Assembly: GCA_035221665.1 (NCBI GenBank)
Contig: CM069148.1
Location: 49,910,001 to 49,974,000, forward strand
Length of the DNA: 64,000 nucleotides
From: Okamejei kenojei
Taxonomy: Eukaryota
Direction: 5' to 3'
Shown: one piece after another, positions 49,075 to 61,942 of the stretch
Position numbering within the stretch: position 1 is the stretch's first letter
How the letters are laid out: every line of letters starts with the position of its first letter
The notes under the pieces: model-generated
Database searches by the model: none
What the model was told of the DNA's origin: nothing
Seen by the model: the letters and a program-made list of their open reading frames with translations, nothing else
Position numbers and translations under genes: made by a program

Positions 49075-52000
49075 AACAGTTCTGGCGGTTCCTTGGGGAC
49101 AAGGGCCGTGGATTGTGGAGCGAAATCGTTGAGGAGTCGGTCGGCTGCAGGCTTAGAGGTGGATCCATGCTGGTTGGGAAACCAACCTAACACCTTATTC
49201 AGCGACAATGTCAGCAGGAGCAGGAGCAGGAGTGCAGGGTATTCGGAATACCCTGCGAATAAGCGTCAAGGACCTCAGCAAGGGGACCCCCTTCTCACGA
49301 GACCTTCGTGAAGAAGGTCTTGCTAGAGGCCTGCAAATTTGAGGCCAAGGACATCTATTGCCTCCCAGGATTTTTCCGGGTAACGGATATTTTGATGTTA
49401 CCTTCAAGTATCCAACGGGATGGCAGAAGGTGATGGAAGTCTTCCGGGAGAGGGGAAATGAAGCTCCGCTGTCGCTGCTGAAAGTGCAGCCGCTCTTCAC
49501 CCCCCCCACCCAAGAAGGAAAGGTTCATTACGGTGCACATGTTTAAACCCACATGTGCCCGTAGTGGATGTCCTCCACCTTCCTTGCTCGCTACGTGGAG
49601 GGAACAGGAGACTGTGTGGATGTGAAGGACATGCACGGGTTTGGACCAGCAAGCGGCAAGTCAAGGTAAAGCTGAGGGTGGACAAGGATGGGAGAAATCG
49701 TCCACCCCCCTCGGTTTTCGCGATTGGAGGAAACGAGGGTACTTGAGCTATGTAGGGCAACCCAGGCTGTGCAGGAAAAAACTGCAACAAGCCTGGGCAT
49801 GTGATGGCCCAATGCACTGCAGTTGTCTGCAAAAATGCAAGATTGGAGGGCCATGAGACAAAGGACCGTCAGGCGCACAGAACTGCAACCTGTGCGGGGA
49901 GGCAGGCCACCTTTACAATGGGCCATTGCCCTAAAAGAGCCTGCACCTACGCACAGGCAACAAGAGAGGCTGCTGCCAGCACCCCAAAGGGGGTGAGGCA
50001 CCCCCCACCACTGCCAAGACCCCAGCTCAGAAAGAGGGAACAACGGACGAGGACAGCCCGACCACCTTGAGGCCCCAAGTGCCAGAAGAGACGCCCAGCA
50101 TCCTGCCCAGGAGGGAGAGTCGATGGAGGAGGGGGAACAGCAGGAGAAATGGACAATGGTGAAGTATAAGAAGAGGGTTTAGCCCAAAGAGCCAAGGCCC
50201 AGAAAAGAGTGGTAAGTCCAAAAGAAAATCACAAAAAAAGGTGTCCTTTCTCTTACAGAAGGCAGCAACCTCTCCTCCTCGTCGGAGGATGAGGCGACCG
50301 GAAGTCCCTACGAGGGAGGCAGAGGAAGAAAACGGGAGGAAAAGGAGACCGAGAGCAGAGAAGTGTCCGAGAGGCTCCAGCCCCAGGACATCGGGAGCAG
50401 CGAAGTGGTTGAGGGGCTCCAGCCCCCGGAAACAGGAATCATCACAACGCAATGACCCCAGCTCCAGGGGACTGGGAGCAGTGTAACGGCCGATGGGCCC
50501 AAAGCTTCCGGGCGACCGGGAGCATTGCAGTGGCCGATGGGCCCCAGCTCCGGGAGACCGGGAAGCATTGCAAGCGGCCCATGGGCCCCAGCTCCGGGCG
50601 ACCGGGAGCATTGCAGAGGCATTGGGCCCTCAGCTCGGGCGACCGGAGCAAGCGCAGAGGCTATTGGGCCCCACTACAGAAGACAAAGGAATAGCGGCAT
50701 GCCCAAAAGGGGGTGGAACGAGAAGCCCCCCCGCAACGACAACTTTTGGTTACGCCACCTGATACTCACTCTCACCGCTGGATTCCCTGAGCCCAGGAAA
50801 TCTGAGGCAATTTCACCGAAGCGGTGGGATGATGGGACATGGAAATGGTCAGTGAACTCTAAGACAATGGAGCTCAAACTGGCATCTTTAAACGTGCGCA
50901 GTACAAAGAGCACTGCGCGATGTGTTAATGCCTTACAGTAACCTGGCAAGGTCAAGGCAGATATGACTTTTCTTCAGGAGTGCGGGCTGCCACACCTCAC
51001 TGCTACGGGAGGTGGTCGCGATGGTGGCCCCACGGACTGTCTGTGTGGTCGGGGGGTGGAAATGACTGTCGTGCTTCCTCCGGCCTGGGATTTTTGCTGC
51101 GGGGAGGGAACTTCACCATCACTGAGGTCAAGGAAGTGGTTGGAGGGCGTCTCCTTGTGGTGGACGTTATTGTACCGTGGCTCTCCGCTCCGGCTGACAA
51201 ATGTGTATGCCTCACCCACGCAGAGCGAGCGGCTGGCCGTTCTCCAGCAGCTCCCAGTGCTTGCTGGCCACGTCCCGGCAGCTCGTTCGGCCGGTGACGG
51301 ATTCAACTGCATCATTGATGCGTCTAGCTGGGTGGGGTGCACGATCCGGCAGTGCCGACAGCAGACTGGACAACACGTACCAAGTTTACTGATGGAGGTG
51401 GTAAAAGACGCGCGCAAAGCTGCGTGACGCCTTCAGCGACCCTGCAGGCGGGTCCCAGCCGCAGTTCACTAGGTCGAGATCGGACGGTTTAGCCCGATCT
51501 CGATAGACTTTGTCTTCACGACGAAGGCCGTCACGGTGAGAACACACTGACCTCACGCCAGTGTTCTTCTCCGACCACTGCCTCCTTCAGGCTTCCTGTC
51601 ACCTACGGAGGACCGGAAGGCAGGCAGAGGGACGGGGAAGTAAAACACAAAACCCCAGAGAATGTCGAGGAGCTAAAGAGGGACTACGCATGTTGGAGAA
51701 CGGTGAAGCCCCTCTTTGACTCCCCCACACTCTGGTGGGAAGCAACCAAGGAGAACATTAAGAGGTTCTTCATAATTAAAGGGGTTCAGAGAGCAAGACA
51801 GAGTCAGAGGGAATTGTGCCAACTCCAGACAGATTTGCAGCAACTGCTCCTTCTGCAGTCGAGCGGGTGGATGTGAGGGAGGAACTTAGAGAGTTGAAGG
51901 ACCGGCAAGCTCAGCTCTTCACCTCTGAATCCTCCAAGATCATCTACCGATCCAGGGTCCGCCATGTGGAGCAGGATGAGACGTGCTCACGTTTCTTCTT

Positions 52001-55000
52001 CCATAAGGTTCACAGGGGGAGCTCTGTGATGAACAGCCTTAGGGAGGAGGACGGCACGGTAGCATCCTCACAGACAGACGTGCTGAGGATCTGCAAATCC
52101 TTTTACACAGATTTGTATGACCAAAAGACCACAGACAGTACCTCCTCCCAGAACTTCCTGTCCTCAATCACGGAGGTCTTGGAGGACAGCAAGCGGGAGA
52201 GTCTGGACCAACCACTGACCCTAGAGGTGCTGACTGGCTCCATCCGTTCCTTTGAGTCGAATAAAACTCCCGGAAGCGATGGCTTACCGGCCGAGTTGTA
52301 TTTGGCTCTGTGGGACTGCATGGGCCCAGACCTGCTAGAAGTGTACAACGACATGCTTCTGGCTGGTAGCATGTCAGACTCCATGAGGAAGGGCAACATC
52401 ACCCTAATCTACAAGCAGAAGGGGGAGACGAAGGACATAAAGAATTGGAGACCCATAACACTTTTGAATGTAGACTACAAGATCCTGTCCAAGGCCATCG
52501 CCAATCGGGTCAAGTCTGCTCTGGGACAGGTGATCCACCCGGACCAAACCTATGCTGTACCTGGCAGGAAAATCTCAGACAGCCTAGCCCTGCTGAGAGA
52601 TACAATTGCCTACGTGCAGGACAGACGGGTGGATGCCTGCCTAGTCAGCTTGGACCAGGAGAAGGCCTTCGACAGGATTTCGCACACATACATGAGGGAC
52701 GTGCTCTCCAAAATGGGTTTTGGGGAGGGAATCAGAAATTGGATCAAACTGCTCTACACCAACATCGTAGTGCAGTCCAAAATCAATGGGTGGGAATCAG
52801 ACAGTTTCCCTGTAAGGTCTGGAGTCAGGCAGGGTTGCCCTCTCTCTCCTGTCTTGTTTGTCCTGCTGTATTGAACCTTTTGCTGAATCCATCAGGAAAG
52901 GCATGCGAGCATAAGAGGAGTGACATTGCCAGGCAGTGGGGGCATTCAAGTAAAGACCTCCCTGTACATGGACGATGTCGCTGTCTTCTGCTCGGACCCA
53001 GGGTCGGTTCGCAGACTGATTAGTATCTGCGACCAGTTTGAGTCGGCCACGGGAGCCAGGGTGAACCGCAGGAAGAGCGAGGCCATGCTCTTTGGCAACT
53101 GGCCCGACAGATCTTCCGTCCCCTTCACCATCAAGCCTGACTTCTTGAAGGTGCTGGGGATCTGGTTCGGGGGGGCTGAGGCATGTAACAAAAATTGGCT
53201 GAGCGGATAGCCAGGGTGGGAGGAAGCTGGAGGCTGTGGAGGCAACGCTCCCTCTCCATAACGGGAAAGAATTTGGTCATCAGTGTGAGGTGCTCTCGGC
53301 TGCTGTACTTGGCACGTGTGGCCTGTCCCTCCCTCATACGCCACAGGGATCACCCGGGCCATCTTTCAGTTCATCTGGGGGTCGAGGATGGATCGGGTGC
53401 GACGGGCCACAATGTACAAGTCGGCAGACAACGGGTAAAAGCGTGCCCAACGTCGCCCTCATTCTGATGGCCACCTTCGTGTGTGGCTGCATCGGGCGGA
53501 GGTAGAGCCAAGGCACGTGGGCACCAAGTGTCACTACCTGCTGAGGTTCTACCTGTCCCCGTGTGTTGAGAAGGATGGGCCTGGCGCAGGTGCCACGCAA
53601 TGTGCCAGTCAAGCTGGACATTGCCGCCCCATCTGTCGTCGGTGGAAGGTTCTTCCGGACCAACACCTTTGAACACATGTCCATCGGGCAGTGATCAGCA
53701 CAGAATGTCCTGCAGGCACTGCAGGGAAAGGACTCGATGGACCCGGTGGCGTGGTTCCCTGAGCAGACTGCCCAGCTTGTCTGGCAAAATGCCTCATCGC
53801 CAGAACTCACCAACAAGCACCAAGACCTGCTTGGCTGGCGGTGAGGGGAGCCCTCCCAGTCGGATCCTTCCTGCACCGTCGGAACCTCACTGCCAGCGCA
53901 CGCTGCCCTCGGGACGGCTGCTATGGCGAGGAGACGGTTGCCCACCTCTTTACAGAGTTGTGGGTTTGCTAAAAAGAGTCTGGAGAAAAATGCAAGGGTC
54001 CCTGGTCGCTTTATCCCGAACAGCTCCGTCACAGAGGACTCGGCGATTTACGGACTGTTCCCAGGACACATTCAGAGACTGACATCGAGTGCTGCTGGAG
54101 GGTCATCAACTCAGTAAACGACGCCCTTTGGTCTGCCCGAGCATTGTTCACCACCCATCAGAGCGAGATGTTCTTTTCGTCAGGGAATGTTGCCGACTGG
54201 CCCACTGCAGACTGCAGGAGTACGTGCTGAGGGACGCACTGAAGCTCGGTGCAGCCAACGCCAAGGCTCGGTGGGGGAGGGCCACAGTCTAACGCCCTTC
54301 CGCTGCTGGACATGGGGGGTGCGGTATGGTGGAGACGCCCCTCAATATAAGGGAAGGTATCCCACGCCACTGTGGCACGAGTGGGGGACTGATTTGTGGA
54401 AATTTGGGGGAAAGAAATGTCTAAACTGTATTGATCTATTGTACAGCCTCCGAAAATGTCGGATGGATTTTCCGCAAGGTTAATGTATTGTATATATTTA
54501 TCATTCGAATAAAGTATATTTTGAAATATTAAAAAAAAAAGTCATTCAATTTACCTACCGACCCACGTTGTGTCTCTCTGTCTTTTGCTCTCTCCCTCCC
54601 TCTCTCTCTCTCTCTCTCGTGCTCTCTCTCTCTCCCGTGCGCGCGCTCTCTCTCTCTCTAGCTCTCTCGGCATTCCTGGAATCATTGATGTTTTGCGGTA
54701 TACAAAAATGCTGGAGCAACTTAGCGGGTGAGGCATCATCTATGGAGCAAAGGAAATATGCAACGTTTCGGTTCGAAACCCTTCTTCAGACCCGGCTATT
54801 TCCTTCGCTCCATAGATGTTGCCTTAAGCCCTGTCCCACTGTGTGAGTTCACCCAAGAGCTTAAAATCTCTGTGTAGCATCTGTGTCCCTATCTTCAAAT
54901 TCCCACTTTGAAATAAAATAGTAAGATTCAATGAGAACTTACCAGTTTGAAGTTTGATCGTTATTTTATGAGGAGTTACGTTGAGGGATTACATGAAGAA

Positions 55001-55965
55001 GGCCGTCCCCACGCATGCGCGTCAATTTCCAACAAGCGATGTGAAGTCACAGAAAAGTTGTTGAACTAAAATAGTAAGACTATAGTTGACTATAACTTAC
55101 AGAAAGATTTTTATGTTACGAGGGTAGGGAGCAGAGGACACATAATCCCTCAACGTAACTCCTCATAAAATAACGATGAAACTTCAAACTGGTAAGTTCT
55201 TGTTTTACCAGTTAAACTTTACCAGTAAGTTACTATTTTACTTCGGAGTCACGTGAGTGACTATGTGAAGACTTTGAAGGTCTGTGATTTCATGCCGAGG
55301 AAAGGGTCCACGTGTCACAGCTGCATCAATTGACCAGGACGAGTGAGAAAATTAAAGCATTCAAAACATGACATGTTTAACAATACTAATGCTTTAATAA
55401 CAAGAAAGAAAATAAACAGTGACCCTTCTCGCCCAGGGGGAAACTGTGAAACAGAACTTAAAAAAGAATCAGCAAAAATCCCGGGTCTGGCGATAGTCTT
55501 ATTATAAAACCTCTGGTATGTCCTCTCATTCGACCATCCCGCAGCCGCTAGAATGTGGTCAAGAGGGACGTCCATATCCCTTGCTGCTGATGTCGATGCA
55601 GCCCTGGTGGAATGAGGTTTAAAAGTGTCAGTGTCGGACTTCCGGTGGCGCTATGGAGGGCTAGAAAGCAATGCCAGCCAGCTCCATGAAAAAAAACGAG
55701 GAAAAACCGGGGAGAAAAGACCTACCTGCTGCCTGCTGTTTTTGCACCGGCTGCCGTGAGTGACGTCATCAGGCGCGCGACTCGTAATGGCAACACAGCG
55801 CAGCCCACGCGCAGATAAAACAAAACTCCGGTATACAAGGAAAACGGCAAAACAAGAACAAGGCCCGACTGAAGCCTCGGCCTCAGGTAGGACACTATCC
55901 CCAGAAGATGTGTTGAAAAACTGAAGAAAAAATCGGAAATTGAAGAAGTTTTTGTTGTACAAGAA

Positions 55966-56847
55966 ATGGCTGAGTTAAAGTTGGAATTAAAACTGAATTG
56001 GCAAAAAATTAATATTAAGGAAGAAATAGAAAAAATCAAGGAGGAGATGAAGAAGTTAAAGTCTGAAATTAATACCTCGGCCACGGAATTATCTGACAAA
56101 CTCCGAAAGGAAATTGCAGAACTATTGACAGATCAATCTGCAAGTATAGTGGAAGAGATGAATGAAAAAATCGAAAATAAGGTGGAAATAGAAATGGAAC
56201 CTGTGGTGGAAGAAATCAAGGAGCAGTCGACAGCCATAAAGAACCTTGAAGAACTAGTCGAAACAAGTACTCAGACTACGAAAACACTCCTCAAGGAAAA
56301 TCAACGTTTATCTGACTTACTGGGCAAAATTACTGATAAGTGTACTGAGTTGGAAGGACGCCAGAGAAGGCAGAACCTAAGGATCGTGGGTATTCGAGAA
56401 GGGAGAGAAAAGAATCAAGATACCCGAGAGTTTACTGCAAACTTACTGCAAAAGGTTTTATCTCTGGAGCAAAAGCCTTTACTAGCCCCAGCACACAGAG
56501 TAATGAGACATTATACAAAGCAAGACGCCCCTCCAAGACAAATGACAGTAAATGTCCAGTATGATCATGTCCTGGAGGAGATGATGAAGAAAATTATAAA
56601 AAGTAGAAATCTTACATATGAAGAAGATTCGATCAGCATCTACCGAGACTATCCAGCAGAGGTCTCCAAGAAACGAAATGCGTTCAAGGAGACCAAAAGA
56701 ATTTTGAGGGAATTGAAGAATCTGAAGTACAGTCTGAGGTACCCAGCCACCCTGAGAATTACCTACAACCAGGAAGAACATCATTTCAAAAACCCAGCGG
56801 ATGCAATGAGCTTTGCCCAAGGGATTAAGGTGCGAGAGGTAGACTGA
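55966..56847 (+). CDS. L1 ORF1p (coiled coil, RRM, CTD)
   Basis: 293 aa with a heptad-rich N-terminus, LEGRQRRQNLRIVGIREG, ISIYRDY and YPATLRIT. The true start may be upstream and frameshifted. Confidence 0.85.
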   Translation: MAELKLELKLNWQKINIKEEIEKIKEEMKKLKSEINTSATELSDKLRKEIAELLTDQSASIVEEMNEKIENKVEIEMEPVVEEIKEQSTAIKNLEELVETSTQTTKTLLKENQRLSDLLGKITDKCTELEGRQRRQNLRIVGIREGREKNQDTREFTANLLQKVLSLEQKPLLAPAHRVMRHYTKQDAPPRQMTVNVQYDHVLEEMMKKIIKSRNLTYEEDSISIYRDYPAEVSKKRNAFKETKRILRELKNLKYSLRYPATLRITYNQEEHHFKNPADAMSFAQGIKVREVD

Positions 56848-59240
56848 ATGAAAGTTTCAAAGATGAACTATAACAACAATTAAATTGTATTTTCAAATTG
56901 GAATGGACTATGGACTATGGACTTGTTTCATTTAAAGAAGATGGAGAAGGATGCGGATGGGAGATTCGGGGAGATACGGATTGGAGACGCTCCTATGGAT
57001 ACTAATAATTAGAATAGTAACACTACTAAAACCGGTACTTTTTATTTTTTTTTACTTTTTCTATATTTTCTTCCCTTTTTCTTATTTTTTCTTATTACTT
57101 TATTTTCTTATTATTATTGCTTTTAATAAGTATTAAGTATAGATATTATCAAATACTTGACTGATGGATTTTGTACACATCAGAGTTTAATACTCCCGGT
57201 TAAATATTTGTATGGAATAACAATTTTAATGAATCATGGAATTGGATAAATTAGTAACATCGACTACGGAAGTCTATAGATTGCTGGCCATGGTAGTATG
57301 GCTAACACTAACTACACCAATATTAGATGTAGTTTTTTCTTTCTTTGTGCACCCTATTAATCTCTTAATCTATCCTTTTTTTTTAAATATTATCTCTGTG
57401 TATTATTATTTTACTTTTGAATGGAGTTATAAATTAATGCAAAGGAGGTATATACGTGAGAGATACTCAAGGGTCTTGAAATTCATCTATTCGGAATTTG
57501 GGTGTAAAGTCGGGTATGTCGAGCTGAACCATTTGCCCTATTATATATTCCTTTAGATAAAAGATGCAAGACTTACAAATGAATATGGGGAATGGAGGAA
57601 TAGTGTTTTGTAGCTGGAATGTTAAAGGTATTAATAAACCAATTAAGAGAGGTAAAGTATTAGCACACTTAAAAGCACTTAAAGCAGATGTGGTATTCAT
57701 CCAAGAGACACATCTAAAAAAAGAGGCAGAACATAGATTAAAAGCTAACTGGATTGACAAAGTGTATCATTCTTCTTTCACACACAAATCTAGAGGTGTA
57801 GCAATATTAATTCGTAAAGGCACTTCATTTAAATACACTTCAACAATAATCGATAATGATGGTAGATACATTATTGTAATAGGAGAATTATACACACAAA
57901 AAATGATTTTTGTCAATGTATACGGCCCAAATTTTGACAGCCCACTGTTTTTAAAAAAAAAATATTTAATACTATTCCGGAATTATCACAACACAACTTA
58001 ATAATTGGAGGAGATTTAAATTGTACACCAGATCCTTATTTGGACAGATCATCAAAACAACGGAAACTTAAATCGCATTCCAGTGATCTAATAAATACAT
58101 ATATAGATACTAGTAATATTAAAGATGTTTGGAGAATGCAAAACCCAGCTGGACGGGAATACTAATTTTACTCACCTGTGCATAAAACTTATTCAAGAAT
58201 AGATTATTTTTTGGTAGATTCAAAACTTATCCCATTCACTTATAATTCAAAATATCATAATATTATAATTTCAGATCATGCACCTTTAACTTTTATGATG
58301 AAAATAACTGGTAAATTGGAAAAACAGGGACAATGGAGATTTAACCCATAAATTTTAAAAGACAAAATAACTCAAGAATACATCACAAAACAGATCAAGA
58401 TTTTCTTTGAAATAAATGATACACCAGAAATATATTCGTCCCTATTATGGGAAACTTGTAAAGCGTATCTTCGGGGAATTATGATATCCTCTCAAGCATT
58501 TTATAATAAAGAGAATCGGAGGGAACAACAAGCATTGGAAAAGGAGATCAAACAATTAGATACAGAAAACGCTGTTAACCCAACCATAATAAAACATAAT
58601 AAAATCTTTGCATTGAAATATAAATTAAAATAAAATACAGTCAGACCAAGTTGTAAAACTATACCAATATACTAAACAAATACAATTTGAATTTGGAGAT
58701 AAACCACAAAAATTATTGGCTCGTCAATTATGAAAATTGGAAGGAGAAAAATTAATCCATAGGATTAAATCAGACAACGGGGAATTATTAGTACAAACTA
58801 AAGATATAAATGAGAGATTTTTGCAATATTATAAAAAATTATATTCAGCCAAAACGACAAAATCGAATAGGAGTAGAAACATTTTTAAAAAATTGTAATC
58901 TAAAAGGACTGGATTCAGAAAATAGAGAATCACTCAACGCTGAAATAACTACTAAAGAAATCGAAGAAGCTATTAGGTCATTAAAAAATGGTAAAACTCC
59001 AGGACCGGATGGTATTGGATCAGAATTTTATAAAACATTCTATGATATGATAGCTCCACGTTTGAAGACACTTGATGAACACATTTATGCACAACAGAAG
59101 TTACCAGAAACATTAAATGAATCTATTATAACACTTATACCTAAGTTAGGTAAAAATCTGGATGATCCAGGGTCGTATAGAGCCATAGCTCTTTTAAATA
59201 CTGATCAAAAAATATTAACCAAAATACTAGCACAAAGACT

Positions 59241-59330
59241 ATATAACCATATAACAATTACAGCACGGAAACAGGCCCTCTCGGCCCTTCCAGTCCGTGC
59301 CGACCATTTGTTTTCCCCTAGTCCCATCTA
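59241..59330 (-). mobile_element. About 90-bp CR1-A 3' tail inserted in L1 ORF2
   Basis: Near-identical to 10360-10450. It splits LAQRL / STVINKVIHSDQTGF. Confidence 0.9.
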
Positions 59331-61942
59331 CAGTGATTAATAAAGTAATTCATTCAGATCAAACAGGATTTATACCAAAACAATACTCCTCAAACAACCT
59401 GAGAAGATTATTCAATATTATATACTCGAAAAGAAACATTAATAAAGATTTATCAATTATTTCATTGGACGCAGAGAAAGCTTTCGATCAGATTGAATGG
59501 TCTTATTTATTTTCGGTTATGGAAACTTTTCAGTTGGGAGAGAATGTTATAACATGGGTTAAGCTACTATATACCAAGCCATCAGCTAGAATATTAATAA
59601 ATCAAATGTTAACGACTAAATTTATTTTATTCCGTGGCTGTAGACAAGGTTGTCCTCTATCTCTACTACTGTTCGCACTGGCAATTGAACCATTAGCACA
59701 GCGCGTCAGATTACATCTTGAAATATACGGGTATGAATGCAAAGAAACTGAAAATAACATCTCTTTATACGCAGATGATGTATTACTTTATATTATGCAC
59801 ATGATGGATTTGGCACAAAAAGCCTTGAACCCATAAAGTGCTCCCAACGACTCTAAATAGTTAATACCGTGTGACTGAAGCATGGATGCTTCCTGCAGAT
59901 CCCATCTACCACCGCAGCTCGAGGTGGTTTTGGTAGCACCCATCCTAGTGCACTGGCATCTGTCTGCAGGATAACTGATAGTGTATTGACTAAAATGGTA
60001 CTAGAGCAACACTGAATATTGGCAATAACTCAGCCAGAGCCTCAGCTGGCAACTGCATGGGTCTATCGAAACAACCTCTCTGAAGCTTGAGTGCCTGTTC
60101 CTTTGCATACTGTAAGTTTTGGTAGTGCAAAGGCCCGAACTGAGCAGCTGGGAACGCTGCCACTAATTTTCCAATTATACGAGCCACATGTCTAATACAA
60201 GGGTGATTATCAACAATGAGTTTCCTGCAGGCTACAATTAACTCCAATTGCTTGCCCCGAGGCAGAGTCACTGACATGTGTACTGAGTTAATGGTGAATC
60301 CCAAATAGTCAATATCGTAGATGGCACCAATTTAGACTTAACTGGATGGATTAAGAACCCTAGCTTTTCAAAAACGAGTTTTGTAGCTGACACAGCTAAT
60401 TCGAAAGTCCTCCCAATGTCTAAAATGTCATCCAAATATGCCATGACAATATAAATATGTGCCCTGAGTAACTCCGGGACTGGTTTTAGCTATTTTGTGA
60501 ATAGTCTGAGGTTAATCCATTAGGCAATGCCTTAAACCGCCACAACTGATCCATCCAGTTAAACTTCAAAAATCTCCTGTGATTTTCATGAATGGCCACT
60601 GAATAGTAAGCATCTTTGAGGTCAATGCTTGCCATAGAACATCTCTTGGAAAGCAGTTATTTAGCAGTGACAAAAGTTTCAATTTTAAAGAGTTTATACT
60701 GCACAAAGGTGTTAAGCTCTGTCAAATCAAGGATAATTCACCATCCTCCATCCTCCATCCTAATAAATATGTTGGACACAAACTGATGTGACTCACGACC
60801 CGCCCTCTCAATTACCCCTTTTTTGAACAAAGAGTCAAGTTCTCTTTGTGCACTCATACACTCCTGTTGTGAAAACACAAAAGTACGGCCAGGTGTATGC
60901 TGAGTGGGTGGAGGCAAGTCAGAAATGAACTCAAATTGGAAACCTTGAATACTTGGGTACAGTCTCCAGAAAGACGATACTTTTGGAGGTGCCTTCATGA
61001 GGCTAACAGTCTTTGCCTCCTCATCGAGCTCTTTTTCCTGTTTAGACAAGTCCTCTCCAAACAGGAGGTTTGGGGGTTGTACATTCCCCGGCTTACATAG
61101 CCCAGCAAATTTAGGATTTATAGCAGGACGGATGCAATTCTCTCTAATGCAATTGATTTCAAAATATGCATTGCATATTAATGCCATCGCGTCCTGCTGT
61201 GTCTCCGAGAGGGACGCCCCATCCACTGACCTAGCAAAGGCCGTGATGCCCGAGGCGAGTAGCCTGAGTACTCTTTGGATTTTCACCTCTTGGGCTCTGA
61301 CGCCCCCTCCAATGTGTCCCCAAATAGATTGGTTAACAACCGGTACACTTAGTGGAATGTTATACCTGGCAGTTGTCTCCTCCATCGTTTGTTCTTGAAG
61401 TTGATGGCAAGCCAGATAATTAATGGTCATTGCGAACTCTTCATCCAATGGCTCACCTGTGAGGGCAGGGACTGCAAATCTGGATGCCATAGATGGTACA
61501 CCCGATGTTTCCTCTTACCCAACTGTGCCTCCGTACTCTGGGTCAGTATAGCACTGACCTCGTTCGCTCCCTTCATATGATAGGGAGATATAATGCAGCC
61601 CTGAAACAGGTGCTGCTGCCTACGTTTCTCTACACTCCCCGGGCTCTGATAGCTCCGTCTTTTGGAGCATATCGTGCTGGAGTAACCTCTCCACTAGGTT
61701 CTCCATGTGGGTCAGCCTGCCAATAATGCTGCCCATAGTGGAGTAGCCAAGGTGCTTTCTGGCAGCACCAAGTCTGTAGCTGCTGGCTGCTCTGCCAGCG
61801 GCCCTGTAGACGAAATCGGCGGCCGCACGCTGCCCGTAGTCCCACGGACTTCGGCAGCTGGTTTGGTCGCAGCTCGCCTCTTCACTTTAGACATGTCTCC
61901 CGCAATCCGAAGCTGAAAAAATGTTAAAAAAAAAAAAAAAAC

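Larger units (their letters stand above)
48947..54540 (+). mobile_element. Near full-length Tx1/Keno-like non-LTR retrotransposon (frameshifted ORF1 from about 49208; ORF2 50867-54292) with snRNA-derived 5' head
   Basis: ORF1 starts MSAGAGAGVQGIRNTLRISVK with later Cys/His knuckle fragments. ORF2 has MELKLASLNVRS (APE), KTPGSDGLPAE, NWRPITLLNVDYKIL, LDQEKAFD, GVRQGCPLSP and YMDD. Ends AATAAA and A10. TSD (a)gtcattcaatttacct at 48930-48946 and 54540-54556. Confidence 0.9.
55636..59794 (+). mobile_element. L1 with intact 5' end and ORF1, long inter-ORF spacer, disrupted ORF2, truncated just after YADD
   Basis: 5' ggacttccggtggcg. ORF2 has FCSWNVKG...IQETH, KTPGPDG, SLDAEKAFD, GCRQGCPLS and YADD. 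Confidence 0.9.
54915..61915 (-). mobile_element. DIRS1-like tyrosine-recombinase retrotransposon (gag about 60738-61900, RT/RNase H 59795-60900, YR C-terminus and terminal ICR/ITR 54915-55635), interrupted by L1
   Basis: RT AYLDDI, RNase H QTDASALGW, and YR HSTRAASTSAA...ILAAAGWS...FYNK. Terminal fold-back repeat at 54915-55240. Confidence 0.85.

Noticed and set aside
51816-52874. RT ORFs as retron, DGR or other prokaryotic defence RT
   Set aside because: The motifs, APE domain, poly(A) and TSD identify ordinary eukaryotic non-LTR retrotransposons.
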